From positions 1 to 64,000 of IMG/VR virus record IMGVR_UViG_3300033070_000552: a DNA stretch of 64,000 nt, one strand, 5' to 3'. This document shows, piece by piece, positions 35,675-46,290 of this stretch. The translations under genes and the position numbers were made by a program. The stretch's first letter is position 1; each line of letters opens with the position of its first letter. Below the pieces are notes generated by a model. That model was not told the origin of the DNA. It did no database searches and saw nothing but the letters and a program-made list of their open reading frames with translations. The stretch is from a virus (Duplodnaviria > Caudoviricetes).

Positions 35675-37828
35675 TTATGGGGGGACGCCCGAGCCCGACC
35701 CGGACCCGTCGGTCTCGGCGTCGCTGCCCGAGGTGTTGCAGCAGTCGAGCCAGCTTCCGTTGTAGCCGTCGCCCCCGCCGCCCCCCGAGTTTCCGCCCGT
35801 GTTGCCGTTGCTTCCGTTGCCGCCGCCCCCGGTGTTGCCGCCCCACCCGCTGCCGGTCGATCCGGTGTTGCCCGTGATCCCCGAGGTCCCGTACACCTGG
35901 TTGGCCTCGAAGTACTGCCGGAACTGCGTCGTGATGTCGAGCGAGTGGAAGGTGTCCGACGAATCGAACCCCACCGAGAGCCGGTAGGCGTCGCGGAGGT
36001 CGGTGAGCCTGAGCGACTGCACGATGACCGGAAGATCGTATGTGGCCCCGTCCGAGCCCCAGTTTCGCATCCGAACGATCGACCCCATCGGGTGGGCCGT
36101 GAACCCCTCGGAGGGCTGTGCGATGACCGTGATCGATCCGTAGACCCGCTTGCGGGAGACGAGGGCGAACAGGGCGTTGGCGTACGCCGTGAGCATCGTG
36201 GTATCGTCCCGGATCACCGTCCCGGCAATGTTGGTGTACTTGAAGAATCGCTGGTCCCAAAGCTCAAGGTGCTTCGAGTACCCGAGCGACGAGTCCGACA
36301 CCTCGATGGTCAGGTCGTCCCCGGCGGTGTAGAGCAGGTAGAGGTCCGAATGGTGGCCCGGATCGCCGTAGCCCCAGTAGCAATAGCACAGGGTGTCGGC
36401 GATGTTGGTCCATTTGGTGTAGTCGTCGGCGCTGGGCGACACGCCGTCAAAGTAGTAGCTCGTCTTGATGACAAGCGGGTTCTGGAGCGTGAAGTAGTTC
36501 TCCTCGAACGCCGCCGGGGTTCCCATCTCAAAGAGCGGAAGCGGGGCCGACGGGTAGTTGGGGTAGAGCCCCGGCTCGGGACGAACGTACCCGAAGTCGT
36601 CCTTGATCCCGTTGGTGAACAGAACGTTCTTCACGCCGTTGTTGAGCGACCCGAGGTAGTAGCCGCCGTCGATCGCGAACCCGATCGGCCCGACATCCCA
36701 CCCGTACTGGAGCCGGTACACCCACATCGACCGCTCGGCCGAAACGTATCGCGGGGGCGATACCGAGTCGTCGCGGGTCAGGCGAAGATTGATGATCGGG
36801 TGGGAGACCTTGTACTTGCGATAGGCGTCGCGGTTGACCTGCCGGGTCGAAAGGGCGAAGTAGGGATTTGACGACGACGAGTCGGCGGCAAGAGCCCACG
36901 CCCCGCCCGACACGCTCGCCGAGAACTGCTCGACCCGGCCCGGGTACGACGCCGAGTCCCGCAGGATGACGGGGTTGCGGTGCGAGGTGAACGTGCCGTC
37001 GCGTGTGTAGTCCCACGCGGGGGTCGCCTGCTCCTGAATCTCGGTCATGTTGCCCCACCCGTGCAGGGTAATCTTGTCGTAGCTTTGCGAGATATCGATC
37101 GACACCTCGACCGACTCGACGGTCGGCGGGTGCCCGTCGCTTACCCCGTCGCGGCGGGCGATCGTCGCCTCGGCGGTCGTCCCGGTTGTCTTGGAGAGGT
37201 CGTAGAACCGCAGCGTGCCGCCGTCCACGTCCGAGCCCGACGTAGTGGAGGGGTCGTACCACCACCCGAGGGTCGGGACCTCCCCGGCGATCGATTCGAG
37301 AAGCCCAAGCCACGTCTTGCCCCGCGTCTGGAAGTTGTAGATCACAAGGGCCTGGGTCGCGGCGGGGACGCTCGTCCAATCGAACGCGCCGATCGTCTTG
37401 CCGGTTCCAACGATCGAAACAAACTCGGTCTCGATGATCGATCGAATCCCCACGTCGGTCGGGTAGGGATAGATATTGGCGTCGCGGGGCCGGTTGTACC
37501 ACTCGTTCTCCTCGACGATCGGGTTGGTCGCGAGGTACTCCAGCACGTCACCCGCGAGGTACTCGATCTCATCCCGCGAGGCGTCGATCCGCCGGGTCGC
37601 GGGGAGTGTTCGCCCCGCGAAGAGGATCACGCCCCCGAGGGTGAACTTGACTGGCTGGCGATTGGTCATCGCCGACGTATCCCCGAGCCCCGCCGATACC
37701 GAGAAACGGATCGTCGACGCCCGCTTCATCGAGTGCTGAATCTCGGACACGATATACCCATCGGCGTTGAGTTCGATGATCGTCGGATCGGCGGCGGGCC
37801 GCTTGGTTCGAAGCAGTGTCGTCAGCAT
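35675..37828 (-). CDS. minor tail / tail-tip hub protein with Gly/Ser/Asn-rich C-terminus
   Basis: 717 aa, third gene after the tape measure; beta-rich; ends GSTGSGWGGNTGGGGNGSNG... Confidence 0.6.
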   Translation of the reverse strand: MLTTLLRTKRPAADPTIIELNADGYIVSEIQHSMKRASTIRFSVSAGLGDTSAMTNRQPVKFTLGGVILFAGRTLPATRRIDASRDEIEYLAGDVLEYLATNPIVEENEWYNRPRDANIYPYPTDVGIRSIIETEFVSIVGTGKTIGAFDWTSVPAATQALVIYNFQTRGKTWLGLLESIAGEVPTLGWWYDPSTTSGSDVDGGTLRFYDLSKTTGTTAEATIARRDGVSDGHPPTVESVEVSIDISQSYDKITLHGWGNMTEIQEQATPAWDYTRDGTFTSHRNPVILRDSASYPGRVEQFSASVSGGAWALAADSSSSNPYFALSTRQVNRDAYRKYKVSHPIINLRLTRDDSVSPPRYVSAERSMWVYRLQYGWDVGPIGFAIDGGYYLGSLNNGVKNVLFTNGIKDDFGYVRPEPGLYPNYPSAPLPLFEMGTPAAFEENYFTLQNPLVIKTSYYFDGVSPSADDYTKWTNIADTLCYCYWGYGDPGHHSDLYLLYTAGDDLTIEVSDSSLGYSKHLELWDQRFFKYTNIAGTVIRDDTTMLTAYANALFALVSRKRVYGSITVIAQPSEGFTAHPMGSIVRMRNWGSDGATYDLPVIVQSLRLTDLRDAYRLSVGFDSSDTFHSLDITTQFRQYFEANQVYGTSGITGNTGSTGSGWGGNTGGGGNGSNGNTGGNSGGGGGDGYNGSWLDCCNTSGSDAETDGSGSGSGVPP

Positions 37829-37847
37829 GGGTGTCTCGAACGATCGA

Positions 37848-38369
37848 TCAGGCGGTTAGCTCGACGTAGGTCATGAATCCGCGAACGTTCACGGCCCCAC
37901 CAAGGGTGAGCTTGATCGGCCTGTTGGTGGCGGCCCCCTCGCAGATGTACCCGACCGGCGGATTGAAACTGAGGTTCGACAGAACCGTCATGGGCTGGAT
38001 TAGCGTCGACGTGCCGTCGTCGACCTGAACCGTGACGGACGAGTCGGCAAAAAGGTTCATCGAAAGAATCCGGTATCGTTTGCCCGAGACCGCCGCGATA
38101 ATGATGTTCGCCCCCGACGCCGTGGCGTTGACCGCGACGGTCTTGACCGTGTACGCGGTCCCGGCGATCGTCACCGAGTCCTGTGCGATCGGAAGGGCCG
38201 GGACCCGCGTCAGATCGGCCTTGATCCCGTACGTCGCGTCAACCGAAAGGGGGACCGCCTTGCCGCCCGCCGAGTCGACGATCGCGACGGCCTGGATGTG
38301 CTGCGACGAAACCTCGAAGGTGGCGACCACCTTGGCCGAGCCCTCGTCAACTGTGATATTCGCGGCCAT
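37848..38369 (-). CDS. virion structural protein (tail-associated)
   Basis: 173 aa, beta-rich, within the tail operon. Confidence 0.55.
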   Translation of the reverse strand: MAANITVDEGSAKVVATFEVSSQHIQAVAIVDSAGGKAVPLSVDATYGIKADLTRVPALPIAQDSVTIAGTAYTVKTVAVNATASGANIIIAAVSGKRYRILSMNLFADSSVTVQVDDGTSTLIQPMTVLSNLSFNPPVGYICEGAATNRPIKLTLGGAVNVRGFMTYVELTA

Positions 38370-38389
38370 GATTCAATCTCCGTGGAGTT

Positions 38390-38863
38390 TCAGATTGCCA
38401 TTGCGTCGCACACGCGGGCGAACGTGAGTTTGAGAACGATGCCCTCGACCATTGCCTGATCGTCGTCGATCGTGGCCTCGAACAGGGTGCAGTTGTCGAG
38501 CAGGAGCGAGTCGCCGGTCGTGGAGGTCGCGACCAGATCGCCGAAGTTGTTGTACACGTTGGGCATGTACGCCTTGCCCCGTCCGAGCGGGCGAACGATC
38601 GGCTGGCCCCGCCATACGAGATTCACCTTGAGCGAGTCGAGCCGCTCGACGACGAGCCTGCGGGCCTCGCGGGCGATATCGGGGTTTGAAAGATCGAGCG
38701 GGCTGAAATAGTGGGCGATGACCGCGTACTTGGTCAGCACCGGGTCGGGCTCCTGGCGATAGCTCGAAGGGATCGCGGTCGACCCATCGAGCGAAAGCGA
38801 AAGGGTGGACAGCAACGCCCCCGTCCCCCCCGACCTTCGCTTGAATTTGATCTCGCCAGCCAT
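38390..38863 (-). CDS. putative distal tail protein
   Basis: First gene after the tape measure; positional assignment. Confidence 0.45.
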   Translation of the reverse strand: MAGEIKFKRRSGGTGALLSTLSLSLDGSTAIPSSYRQEPDPVLTKYAVIAHYFSPLDLSNPDIAREARRLVVERLDSLKVNLVWRGQPIVRPLGRGKAYMPNVYNNFGDLVATSTTGDSLLLDNCTLFEATIDDDQAMVEGIVLKLTFARVCDAMAI

Positions 38864-38891
38864 GTCTACCGCCCTTTATTTCATGGTGAAA

Positions 38892-41800
38892 TTACGGACC
38901 CGCGTTGATCGTGATGATACGGGTTCTCTGAACCTCCGCGTCGATCTCGTTGACCCGCACCGTGACCTCGTTCAGGACCGCCACCGCCTCCTTGAGCTTG
39001 TTCGCGGTGCTGGCGATAGCCCCCAGAGACGCCTTGGCCGAGGCGGTTGTCGCCCCGCTCAAAGAGGCCGCCGAGTTGGAGAGGCTGTTAATCGCGTCAG
39101 GAAGCCCCGAGAGCGATCCGTCGTCCGGGGTAGACCCCGAGCCCCCGTAGGGGGCCGGACCGCCCGTAGGGGCCTCATCGCCCCCGTAAATAGGGCTGGT
39201 GGAAAGGTCGGGAAGATTGTCGCCCCCATAGAGCGGGCTGGTGGGGTAGCTCTTGCCCGATTTGGGCTTGCGGACGACCGTACCGGCCTGGGATGCGGGC
39301 GGGGCGGGCTTGCGAAGCTCCGACTCGCGGCGGGCGATCTCATCGAGCAGAATCTTGAACCGGGTCGCGACCTCTTTTTGTTCCTGGGCGATCTTTCTGG
39401 CGGTTTCGAGATCGCCCTTGTTGATCGCCTCGCGGCGCTGCCGCTCCAGAGCGTCGTACTCGGTTTTCTGGGTTTGTGAAACGACATCGCCGAAGCGGCG
39501 GGCCTCGCCCCCGGAGTTGAACTCCGAGAGCTTGCCGCGAACCGCTCCTCGGAACGTGCCCACGTCGCTCGATCCGGCGATCCCCGATTCGGCGGACCTC
39601 GCCGCGTCGAGCACGCCCGCCGAGCCCTGCCCGGCGCGAACCCGGTCGGCGATTTCCTCCTGGAGCAGCTTGAGCCGGTTGGCGGCGAGACGGTTGGCCT
39701 CCTGCTCGCGAACAAGCTGGGCCTTCTCGTACGCGCCCGCCTCTTCGAGCTTGGCGATGTACTTCTTGATCAGGTCGTCGCGGACGGCGAGGTTGTGGTT
39801 CTTCTCGGCGTCGCGGGCGAGCGACCGAAGCTCCTCGGCCTCCTTGAGCTGCGCGATCTTCCGGTTCTCGACCTTATCGGCCTCCCGCTCGGTTTGCTTG
39901 CGAACGGCCTCGGTGATCTTCGACTGGCGAATCGTTTCCGCCGACTGCAACTCCGCCCGGGTCTGATCCTCGATGTTCCTGATCTCGATCTGCCGCTCGT
40001 CGTCCGAAAGACCGATCGCCTCCCGGATCGCCTTGATCCTCGCGTCCCGCTCGTCGTCGATCCGTCGCATGGCCTTGTTGTGGTCGATCTCGATGCGTAC
40101 CCGATCGGCTCCGAGCAGATCGCCCTTGGCCTTGAGCGCCTCGGCCTCGCCCTCGCGGATTTCATCGCTCGCCTTGGACGAGGCGTCCCGCCGCTTGCGA
40201 ACCTCGTCATTGTAGAGTTCGGTGTACTGACGCTGGTTATCTTCGAGCACCTGTCTGATCTTCGCAGCCTGGGCGTCGATAACCGCGATCGAGTTGGCGG
40301 CCTCGGGGGAGCTAGCCCCGCCGTCCTTGTCGATCGTTGCCTTGCGGCGAAGTTCGAGGTTCTTGAGCTGTGCTTCGAGCAATACCCGCTCGTCGGCGAG
40401 TTCCTTGGCCTTGGCCTGCGCGGGCGACTGTCCCGACGTTTGGCGGTCCTTGGCGATCTTGTTGAGTTCGGTATCGAAAGCGGCGACGACCTTGGTCGTC
40501 TCGTTGATGATGTCGCGGAGCTTGACGTTGCCGCTGCGAAGGTCGAGTGTGGCGTTGGCGTACTTGTTCGACGCGGTGACGACCGAGTTCATCTGGGATT
40601 CGATCTCGGCCAGACGGTCCGCGATCTTGAGCCCCTCCGACTCCCCGTACGTTGCGCGAAGCACGGCCCGAAGGTTCGCCGACGTAGCGACAACCTTTCC
40701 GGTGGCCTCGTCGATACGCACATACCCATCGACGTTGTTCCCGGCTTTGGCCTGCTCGACGGTCGCCTCGCGAACCTTGTTGGCGAGCTGCTCGTACTCC
40801 CCGGCCAGCGTATCGACGATAGACGCGGCGGCGTTCTTGCCGTAGGTCCTTTCGAACTCGGCGTTGAGTTCCCTGAGCTTGGCCGCCGCCTCGGCGTTGC
40901 CCGCGTTGGCCGACCTTGCGAGGTCGGCGAGGTTCTGGAGCTTCTCCGCAACGTTGGTCGCGAGTTTGGCGTTCTCGGCCATGCGCTGCTGGAACTTCTC
41001 GTCGTTGGCCTCGGCGTACGACTTCTTCTGGGCCTCGGCGAACTTGAGGAGCTTGTCAGAGGCGACGTCCTGGCCCGACCTGGACTCGATCAGCCCGAAG
41101 AACTCAAGGGCCTTCTCGATCGCCTTGCCGATCGCGTATCCGATCCCGAGGAACACCGCCGCGACGGCCGTCGCGGCCACTACGGCCGTCGCGATGGTCG
41201 CGATCAAAGCACCGATCGATGCAACGGCCGCCCCGATCGCCGCGCCCATCGCGGTAAAGGTGCCCGTCGCAACAACCGCCGTACCGGCGGCCGCGCCGGT
41301 GGCGGTTGCAAGGGCGGCCTCTGCCGCCGCCGCTGATCCCGTTGCCGCCGTGAGCCGAACCATCGCCGCCGACTCGGCCTCGGCCGCGATCGTCGCGGCG
41401 GTGGTTGCCGTCGCGACCTCGGCCTGGGCAACGGTGGTAAGCGACGCGGCGGCGGTGAGGTCCCGCGACGCCGTCGTCGCGATCGTGGTTGTACTCGCGG
41501 CCTTGGCGACGACGGCCTCCCGAGCGGCCGTGGCGCTGGCAAGGGCGGTCTCGGCCGCCGCAAGTTCGTTGTTGGCCGAGACCAGATCGCGTACCGCCGA
41601 CGGGATCAGGTTCGCGGCCCCTGGGGTCACGGCCTTGAGCCGACCGTTGGCCCCGCGATTCGACGCGGCGAGGTTGAGACCCGCGACGCGGTTCTCGGCG
41701 ACCTCCTGCCGCAGCACGGCGGCGGTGAGGGCGTCCTCGGCGACCCGCTCGGCGATCCGGGCGTCGGTCATGGCCCGCGACGCGGCGGTGGCCGTGGTGC

Positions 41801-43358
41801 TGGCGGCGGTCGACGCTTCGAGGGCCGAGTTGAACGCCGCCGTCGCGAGCCGCGAGTTCTCATGGGCCTGGGCGAGTGCGTTGGTGGCGACCGTTGCCGC
41901 CTGGCGTGCCGCCGACGCCTGGGTGAGCACGGTGTTAAACGTGCCCTGCACCCCGACCAATTGGCCCACGCGGGTGGCGAGCAGTCCCATGCGGTCGGCG
42001 AAGGTCGTCACCGAGGCAATGGCCTCGCCGTTGAAGAATGTACGGACGATCCCGAGCGAGCCCGACAACACCGACAGGCCGATGGAGAGTCCGCCCGCTG
42101 CGAGCTTGACCACGCCGATCGCGACGGCGAGTGCCGAGAGAGCGATCGCGGCCTGGGCGAGCCCGCCCAGGAAGTTGGGGTTGTCCTTGATGAACTTGTT
42201 GATCGCGTCGGTGTAGGAAATAAACGACGTGCGGTTCTTCTCAAAGAACTCGATCAGGGAGTTTTGCGCCGTCGCCTTGAGCTGGGCGACGAGGTTCCCG
42301 AACGACTTGGTCTGGACGTCAAGGGCACGGTTGAGCGTGCCCACGCCGGTCGTGCCGAGCGTCTCCACGTCGTGGGCGAACCGCTCGAACCCCTCGCCGG
42401 TGAGCTTGACCAGGCCCGAGAGGGCCCGCACGTTGGGAAAGAGTTTACCGAGGGCCTCGCTCGATCCGTTGGCCGACGTGATGAGCCTGTAGAGCACCTT
42501 CGAGAACCCCTCGGCCTTGAGGGTCATCTCGATCGTGCCGCCAAGGATCGCCTCGATCTCCGACCGGATCTTGGGCGTGGGTTCGAGCAGGTGCGTGAGA
42601 ATCGATCGGATCTGGGTCGCGATCTCGTCAAGGTTCGACTGCTTGCGGGCGAGGGCGGTAAACAGACCAAGCGTCTCGTCGAGGGTGACGTTCATGGCCG
42701 CCGCGAGGGGCGCGATCTCGCCGATGTTGTGGGCAAGCTCCGAGAACTTGAACGTGGACAAATCGACCGACCGCACCATCTTTCCGATCACGGTCTCGGA
42801 CTCACCCGCCTTGAGCGCGAACGAGTTGAGGGTCTGGACGAGGGCCTTGGCCGTGATGGCGGCGGTGGTCATGCCCGCCCGGGCTCCCTCGATCGACGCC
42901 TTGAGAACCTTCAGCGCGTCGCCCGCCTCGAACCCCGACTTCACGATCTCGTTGAATCCCTCGGCGGTATCGACGGCCGAGACCTGGAGCGACTGGGCGA
43001 GGGCGAGAACCGCCAGCCGCGTCGCCTTGAACTCCTCGGTCGTCTGGCGGGTGATGAGCCGAACGTTTTCGAGCGAGACGTCGTACTTGCCGATCTCCTC
43101 CAGGAACGTGTGGAGCGAGAACGCCCCGATGGCGGTCGTCACCAGCGAGAACGACTCGGCGAAGTGGTGGAGCTTGTCGGCGGCCTTATCGAACGCCCCA
43201 CCGATGTTCGTCGAGATCGCCGTCGCGAACTGGTTCGATCGCTGCACGGCGGTCTGCACCGTCTGATCGAGCTTGGACGCGACGTTCGACATCCCCGCGA
43301 CCGCCTTGGTCACGTCGGCCTCGAATACGACGTTGATGGTTCCGAGTGTTGTAGCCAT
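38892..43358 (-). CDS. tape measure protein (TP901-like core)
   Basis: 1488 aa; TTLGTINVVFEAD N-terminus, Ala-rich helical repeats, follows the tail chaperone genes. Confidence 0.93.
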   Translation of the reverse strand: MATTLGTINVVFEADVTKAVAGMSNVASKLDQTVQTAVQRSNQFATAISTNIGGAFDKAADKLHHFAESFSLVTTAIGAFSLHTFLEEIGKYDVSLENVRLITRQTTEEFKATRLAVLALAQSLQVSAVDTAEGFNEIVKSGFEAGDALKVLKASIEGARAGMTTAAITAKALVQTLNSFALKAGESETVIGKMVRSVDLSTFKFSELAHNIGEIAPLAAAMNVTLDETLGLFTALARKQSNLDEIATQIRSILTHLLEPTPKIRSEIEAILGGTIEMTLKAEGFSKVLYRLITSANGSSEALGKLFPNVRALSGLVKLTGEGFERFAHDVETLGTTGVGTLNRALDVQTKSFGNLVAQLKATAQNSLIEFFEKNRTSFISYTDAINKFIKDNPNFLGGLAQAAIALSALAVAIGVVKLAAGGLSIGLSVLSGSLGIVRTFFNGEAIASVTTFADRMGLLATRVGQLVGVQGTFNTVLTQASAARQAATVATNALAQAHENSRLATAAFNSALEASTAASTTATAASRAMTDARIAERVAEDALTAAVLRQEVAENRVAGLNLAASNRGANGRLKAVTPGAANLIPSAVRDLVSANNELAAAETALASATAAREAVVAKAASTTTIATTASRDLTAAASLTTVAQAEVATATTAATIAAEAESAAMVRLTAATGSAAAAEAALATATGAAAGTAVVATGTFTAMGAAIGAAVASIGALIATIATAVVAATAVAAVFLGIGYAIGKAIEKALEFFGLIESRSGQDVASDKLLKFAEAQKKSYAEANDEKFQQRMAENAKLATNVAEKLQNLADLARSANAGNAEAAAKLRELNAEFERTYGKNAAASIVDTLAGEYEQLANKVREATVEQAKAGNNVDGYVRIDEATGKVVATSANLRAVLRATYGESEGLKIADRLAEIESQMNSVVTASNKYANATLDLRSGNVKLRDIINETTKVVAAFDTELNKIAKDRQTSGQSPAQAKAKELADERVLLEAQLKNLELRRKATIDKDGGASSPEAANSIAVIDAQAAKIRQVLEDNQRQYTELYNDEVRKRRDASSKASDEIREGEAEALKAKGDLLGADRVRIEIDHNKAMRRIDDERDARIKAIREAIGLSDDERQIEIRNIEDQTRAELQSAETIRQSKITEAVRKQTEREADKVENRKIAQLKEAEELRSLARDAEKNHNLAVRDDLIKKYIAKLEEAGAYEKAQLVREQEANRLAANRLKLLQEEIADRVRAGQGSAGVLDAARSAESGIAGSSDVGTFRGAVRGKLSEFNSGGEARRFGDVVSQTQKTEYDALERQRREAINKGDLETARKIAQEQKEVATRFKILLDEIARRESELRKPAPPASQAGTVVRKPKSGKSYPTSPLYGGDNLPDLSTSPIYGGDEAPTGGPAPYGGSGSTPDDGSLSGLPDAINSLSNSAASLSGATTASAKASLGAIASTANKLKEAVAVLNEVTVRVNEIDAEVQRTRIITINAGP

Positions 43359-43390
43359 ACGCGGGGTTTATTTCATGGTGAAATATCGAC

Positions 43391-43657
43391 TCACTTCTTG
43401 ACGACCGCGACCTGCTTGATCTGCCCGAGCTTGCGGGCGAGACTCTCCGTTGTCTCGCTGTCCGCGTCGATCGTGTTGGGGCCGTGGCCCCCTTTAGCCG
43501 CGATCTCCGCCTCGCGATGGGCGAGCACGCCCTCCTCCATCAGGATCGTCGCCCACTTGACCGGAACCCGCATGAAATCCTCGGGGTTTGTGATCCCGAG
43601 TTCCTTGCGGACGAAGTAGATCAGCCTGGACCAGTTGGGAGGCTCGCGATTGCCCCC
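43391..43657 (-). CDS. tail assembly chaperone C-terminal extension (probable -1 frameshift product)
   Basis: The -1 frame is open from the GGGGG run at 43657-43653 (...GNREPPNWSRLIYFVRKELG...) to the stop at 43391, just before the tape measure. Confidence 0.55.
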   Translation of the reverse strand, partial: GGNREPPNWSRLIYFVRKELGITNPEDFMRVPVKWATILMEEGVLAHREAEIAAKGGHGPNTIDADSETTESLARKLGQIKQVAVVKK

Positions 43658-44148
43658 GGACGACGTGTCGCGGAGGCGAGCGTAGGGCGGATTGCCGACA
43701 CCACGGCGCGGATCACCGACTCCATGTTTTCGGCGTTGATGACCCGCCCCACGTCGTCCTCGGATTTCTCGTCTTTGGTCTTGAGGTCCTGGTTCACCAA
43801 GATCGTGAGCATCTTGACAAGCTCGCGGATCGACCCCCGGAGCTTGTCCTCGCCGGGGATGTCCTGGAGCGATCCGTACTCTTTCTCCATCGTCCCGAGG
43901 CCCTTGAAGTTGATCGGCTTGACGACCACCGTCTGGCCGTCCTCAAGGTTCTCCAGAACCGAATCGCCGAACAGGATGTCGGCGAGCGAGAGCTTGATAT
44001 CGACCTCGCCCGAGGCGGCGGACTTCTTCCTCTTGAACTCGGACGCGGTGAGGCGGGGAAGCCGCTCGCCCTCCCACACCTCGGTTGGGTCGTTCTCGAT
44101 TCTCGTGGCGGCGGAAGTTTCGACGGTTGACATAAACGGGTTCTCCAA
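43621..44148 (-). CDS. tail assembly chaperone
   Basis: Lies between the major tail and tape measure genes; 175 aa. Confidence 0.7.
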   Translation of the reverse strand: MENPFMSTVETSAATRIENDPTEVWEGERLPRLTASEFKRKKSAASGEVDIKLSLADILFGDSVLENLEDGQTVVVKPINFKGLGTMEKEYGSLQDIPGEDKLRGSIRELVKMLTILVNQDLKTKDEKSEDDVGRVINAENMESVIRAVVSAIRPTLASATRRPGAIASLPTGPG

Positions 44149-44184
44149 ATAAAAGGGCCGCCGGGATGGATGACCCGGCGGCCC
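44147..44184 (-). terminator. intrinsic terminator after the major tail gene
   Basis: GGGCCGCCGGG-N8-CCCGGCGGCCC followed by TTTTATTT. Confidence 0.8.
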
Positions 44185-44216
44185 GGCGGACCTAGCCCTG
44201 GGTCGCTTACCGGCGA

Positions 44217-44744
44217 TTACGCGCCGATCTGAATCTTGCCGTACTGCTGGCCCGAGGTGCGCGTGGTGTCGGTCTCGGCAACGAAGTTGACGGGGTACTG
44301 AAGGAACGAGTCCTCCTTGAAGTCGAGCTGAAAAGCACCGCCGGGGGTCGTCTTGAACATGTCGATCTGGATGACCTGGTTGTCCTCGCGGGTGTTCTCG
44401 AACCGCACCGCGTACCGCGTGATGTTCTTGTGACCGCCGAACATGAACTTCGAGGAGCTGATCTGGCCCGCCGTGGTGGGCTGGAACACCTTCACCATGT
44501 TGGCCATCGAGGTTTCGGCGAACTGGGCGTCAAGCTCGAAGCGGTCGGTGTAGACGAGCCGCTTCACGAACACGCCCGAGGCGATGAACTCCTTGAGGTC
44601 CCGTTGGTACTTGAAGGTCGCACCCTTCAAGTAGCCAACGTCGGTGTACGTGGTGGGCGAGACGGCGTACGCGGCCATCGCGAGTACGCCGAGACCAAAC
44701 GCGACGGACGACGAGTCCTTGACCTCAGTGAGTGTTGCGGGCAT
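44217..44744 (-). CDS. major tail (tube) protein
   Basis: 175 aa, beta-rich (DVGYLKGATFKY...FELDAQFAETS...YPVNFVAETD); own promoter and terminator. Confidence 0.8.
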   Translation of the reverse strand: MPATLTEVKDSSSVAFGLGVLAMAAYAVSPTTYTDVGYLKGATFKYQRDLKEFIASGVFVKRLVYTDRFELDAQFAETSMANMVKVFQPTTAGQISSSKFMFGGHKNITRYAVRFENTREDNQVIQIDMFKTTPGGAFQLDFKEDSFLQYPVNFVAETDTTRTSGQQYGKIQIGA

Positions 44745-44794
44745 GGGGGAAACTCCGGGAACGACGGAAGATCGAGAGCGGTTTGTCGGTACCT

Positions 44795-44822
44795 ATTCTC
44801 GCATGCCTTCCGTTTTTGTCAA
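44795..44822 (-). promoter_or_regulatory. promoter upstream of the major tail gene
   Basis: TTGACA-N13-TGC-GAGAAT; same geometry as the capsid promoter. Confidence 0.55.
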
Positions 44823-44841
44823 ACGCCTGGCGGTCCGTCGG

Positions 44842-45282
44842 CTAGAGCGGCCTGTTGCGATCCCTTCCGATGACCTCGAATTGCAGAACCCCGCTGTACG
44901 AGTTGTCGTCTCCGATTTTTTCCGGGGCGATCGTCATCACGGGTTCGGTCGTTGCCTTCACTACGAGCGATACCGTCGACGGCAGCACTCCCCACACTCC
45001 GGGCGATCCCGGGGGCTTATAGACCGTATCGAAAACCGCCGACAGAACGTCGTAGCACTGCTGCTCGCCCACGCGAACTCCGTAAATGCGAACGGTCGTC
45101 TTGTTGAATCCCCGAAACTCGGCGGGCAACTCTGAAATGATATGAACGTACACGCCCTCGTCGGACGGGTACGACTGCCCGGCGGCGAGAACGGACTTGC
45201 TCCCCTTCGTGAACAGGGACGTGATCGCGCTCTCCGCCGACAGCATGGCAATAAGCCACGCCTTGGTTCGATCGCCCATCAT
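44842..45282 (-). CDS. tail terminator-like protein
   Basis: 146 aa between the gp10-like and major tail genes. Confidence 0.6.
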   Translation of the reverse strand: MMGDRTKAWLIAMLSAESAITSLFTKGSKSVLAAGQSYPSDEGVYVHIISELPAEFRGFNKTTVRIYGVRVGEQQCYDVLSAVFDTVYKPPGSPGVWGVLPSTVSLVVKATTEPVMTIAPEKIGDDNSYSGVLQFEVIGRDRNRPL

Positions 45283-45872
45283 GGGTTGGTGCTCCTGAAC
45301 GCATTGGCGAGACGCTGGTACGCCGCGTCGTAGACCATCTGCGGAAACCTCGCGGAAATCCTCGCGAACGACGGCACGAGCCACGGGCGGGGGGCGATAC
45401 CGAACCGGGCGATCTTGCGACCGATGAGAAACGTGAGCGACCGGAGATCGCTTTCCTCGGGCCTGCGAGCCCGCCCGCTCTTGGTACGTCCCGACGGGGC
45501 GAGCTGCTTGTAGTGCCGCTTGACCCACTCGTAGATCACGGAGACGGGTGGCCACGCGGCGGTTGCCCCGAGTGTCTTGTTCGATCGCGGGTCCCGCTCG
45601 GAGCCAGCACGCCCGAACTCGACCCATTGGGCGTGGATCGCCCCCGAGTAGACAACCCCCTGTGCGCCGCCGGTGGTCTTGGTTACCTCCTGGGAGACCG
45701 ACGCGCGGAGCAATCCCTGGTCGACGGCGTGGAGGTCGGTCAGGGTTTTCTGTGCGAGCGCGGCGGTTGCGAGCGTGGCCGCCCGACAGGCGTCGTACGC
45801 GGCCTCGCGGAGAGCGGGCTGCATGAGAACGATCCTCGATCGCGGGTCGCCATTTGGAAACGATACCGGCAT
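45279..45872 (-). CDS. HK97 gp10-like tail completion protein
   Basis: AVDQGLLRASV, HAQWVEFG, IAPRPWLVPSF. Confidence 0.8.
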   Translation of the reverse strand: MPVSFPNGDPRSRIVLMQPALREAAYDACRAATLATAALAQKTLTDLHAVDQGLLRASVSQEVTKTTGGAQGVVYSGAIHAQWVEFGRAGSERDPRSNKTLGATAAWPPVSVIYEWVKRHYKQLAPSGRTKSGRARRPEESDLRSLTFLIGRKIARFGIAPRPWLVPSFARISARFPQMVYDAAYQRLANAFRSTNP

Positions 45873-45879
45873 GGCACCA

Positions 45880-46290
45880 TCATACCCGAGGGTTGATTTC
45901 GGTGTCGCCCTCGTTGTACTTAGTGGTGTTGCCGAGTTCCTTGCGGGCGAGGCTGTACTCGAAGTGGGAGATGCCAACCTCCTGCCGGTTGTCGTCGACC
46001 CCGAGCACGAGGTAGCTCGCCCCACGAAAGGTCACGTAGTCGCCGATACGTCCGCCCCCGTACTCGGAGAAGAACACCGAGTCACGCTTGGTTCGCAGGC
46101 CCTCGGGATCGCGGGCGGCGAGCCTCGACGACCGGAACCCCGCCCCGCGAGACGCGGACGACTCAAAGAGCCCCGTCGTCGTGACCGGCCACCCCGAGAC
46201 CTCGGTGGTCGATGTCATATTGCCGAGGGCGTCCTTGGTCCCGGCCTGGTATCGGTGAAAGGCGACGGTGTGCGATTCGAGAAGTCCCAT
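45880..46290 (-). CDS. head closure / head-tail joining protein
   Basis: 136 aa, RIGDYVTFRGASYLVLGVDD pattern, neck-module position. Confidence 0.65.
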   Translation of the reverse strand: MGLLESHTVAFHRYQAGTKDALGNMTSTTEVSGWPVTTTGLFESSASRGAGFRSSRLAARDPEGLRTKRDSVFFSEYGGGRIGDYVTFRGASYLVLGVDDNRQEVGISHFEYSLARKELGNTTKYNEGDTEINPRV

